Shown one piece after another: positions 62,851-64,000 of a stretch of 64,000 bases of DNA (position 1 is the stretch's first letter; each line of letters begins with the position of its first letter). Where the stretch lies: the IMG/VR virus record IMGVR_UViG_3300032893_000004, positions 1 to 64,000 of that record; one strand, given 5' to 3'. The notes under the pieces were generated by a model. It was not told where the DNA came from. It did not search any database and saw only the letters and a list, made by a program, of their open reading frames with translations. Both the position numbers and the translations under genes were made by a program. The DNA comes from a virus.

Positions 62851-63024
62851 TTATTCCGCCGTCACCATGGCTTGAATACTCTGCTGACCGTCTTGAACAT
62901 CGTTGGTAACTGTTTCGCAAGAGCAATTCGCTTGGTATTCTTCGATATCTTCTTGGGTGATCTGCGACTTTACCGCAACCGCCAAAACCTGTCCGCAAAT
63001 TTGGCATGCTACTGTTAACTTCAT
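62851..63024 (-). CDS. 57-aa Cys-containing protein (not in ORF track)
   Basis: AGGAGGAG SD; MKLTVACQICG...CSCE; stop abuts next ATG. Confidence 0.7.
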   Translation of the reverse strand: MKLTVACQICGQVLAVAVKSQITQEDIEEYQANCSCETVTNDVQDGQQSIQAMVTAE

Positions 63025-63033
63025 ATCTCCTCC

Positions 63034-64000
63034 TTACAAGGACGCAGTTAAAGTTCCGTTGAACCCACCGTTACCGCCGATGGTTGGCGTCTCGGTCGCT
63101 GGAGCCGTACCGATTAGTTCTGGACTGTATATGGTACTATTCACTCCGCCTACTAGATTTGTCGATGCGCCAGTAGGCACATTGAAGAAATTGATTCTTC
63201 CGCCAGTCCCAGAGTTACCGCCGTTGCCGCCTGCGCCGCCGCCGAAACCATTACCGCCTGCTCCACCGTTACCGCCGTTGACTTGCACCAATCCACTGAC
63301 GGTCGGACCGAAGAGATAGTTGTACGCAATGTAAACCCATCCGCCCGATCCGCCTCCGCCGCCGCCGCCGCCTTGGGTCACTCCGCTTGTAGCGTTTGAA
63401 CCTGTGCCGCCTACTCCACCATTCGCTTGAATCACTCCGCTCGGAGTAGAAGAGCTTTTTAGAATAGAGTTAATGTAGAGTGCAACTAAGCCGCCGCCGG
63501 AGCCGCCTGCGCCAGCTCCCCCTCCTGCATTAACTCCGTCTCCACCGCCACCGCCACCTCCTGCTCCGCCGGCGCCTCCAGACAATAAGACAGCACCGAA
63601 TATGAACGATGCTTCAAATCTACTGAAGGGATTGTTTATGGTGGGGCTACGACCAGCGCCACCGGAACCTCCGGAAGATCCGCCGCCTCCGCCGGAACCA
63701 CCGTTAGCCGTTCCAGTATTGGGAGCTGCCGTTCCGTTACCGCCGCCTGCCGTATTCCCGGTACCCCCTGCACCGCCGACGGCTATCGGACCAACAGTTC
63801 CGCCCGATTGAGTTGACGCAGCTGAACCGCCGGTAGAACCAGATCCGTTACCACCGGCTAGACCGTTCCACTGGATGGCACCAGCTTGAGCAGCGGTTAT
63901 ATCGAGATATCCTTTTACGAATACTTTATATCCATTCGTATTCAGAATTCCCGTTCCGTTGAGAATTAAATTGTTGTAGTACATGTCGCGCGACAGACTC
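63034..64000 (-). CDS. glycine-rich tail fibre-like protein (5' truncated by window)
   Basis: Long GGxGG runs, ANGGVGG, YNNLIL; frame open to window edge. Confidence 0.75.
   Translation of the reverse strand, partial: SLSRDMYYNNLILNGTGILNTNGYKVFVKGYLDITAAQAGAIQWNGLAGGNGSGSTGGSAASTQSGGTVGPIAVGGAGGTGNTAGGGNGTAAPNTGTANGGSGGGGGSSGGSGGAGRSPTINNPFSRFEASFIFGAVLLSGGAGGAGGGGGGGDGVNAGGGAGAGGSGGGLVALYINSILKSSSTPSGVIQANGGVGGTGSNATSGVTQGGGGGGGGSGGWVYIAYNYLFGPTVSGLVQVNGGNGGAGGNGFGGGAGGNGGNSGTGGRINFFNVPTGASTNLVGGVNSTIYSPELIGTAPATETPTIGGNGGFNGTLTASL

Noticed and set aside
1-64000. Alternative genetic code (TAG or TGA recoding), prompted by the TAG at 60564
   Set aside because: Long genes are uninterrupted in code 11, and TAG/TGA stops elsewhere (e.g. 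2568, 6156, 58589) are followed by well-placed next genes.

Overview
A 64-kb segment of a large contractile-tailed (myovirus-type, probably jumbo) dsDNA phage using the standard genetic code. No host housekeeping genes, capsid gene or terminase gene were recognised. A minus-strand tail/baseplate module (tail chaperones, tape measure, hub, spike, LysM/gp25-like wedge, a 2184-aa baseplate-J) is split by about 22 kb of small, mostly unknown genes. It resumes with a gpI-like wedge, a tube-like protein and a 1605-aa fibre-like protein. Also present: a 5'-3' exonuclease, a degenerate dUTPase-like ORF, a metallophosphoesterase, a permuted papain-like amidase, holin-like genes and four free-standing homing endonucleases. 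The most novel signal is an RNA cluster at 18.26-19.05 kb: a complete tmRNA (tag DNEYEFQAAA), two end-paired structured RNAs and a remodelled tRNA-like RNA with two hairpins inserted in its D-loop and a collapsed T-loop. A recurrent minus-strand motif, CCTAATCT, precedes these RNAs and the structural genes and is a candidate late promoter. A stand-alone EF-Ts N-terminal-domain homologue and a leader-peptide-preceded Arg-rich gene add to a translation-manipulation theme. All calls are by-eye motif recognition; no searches were run.
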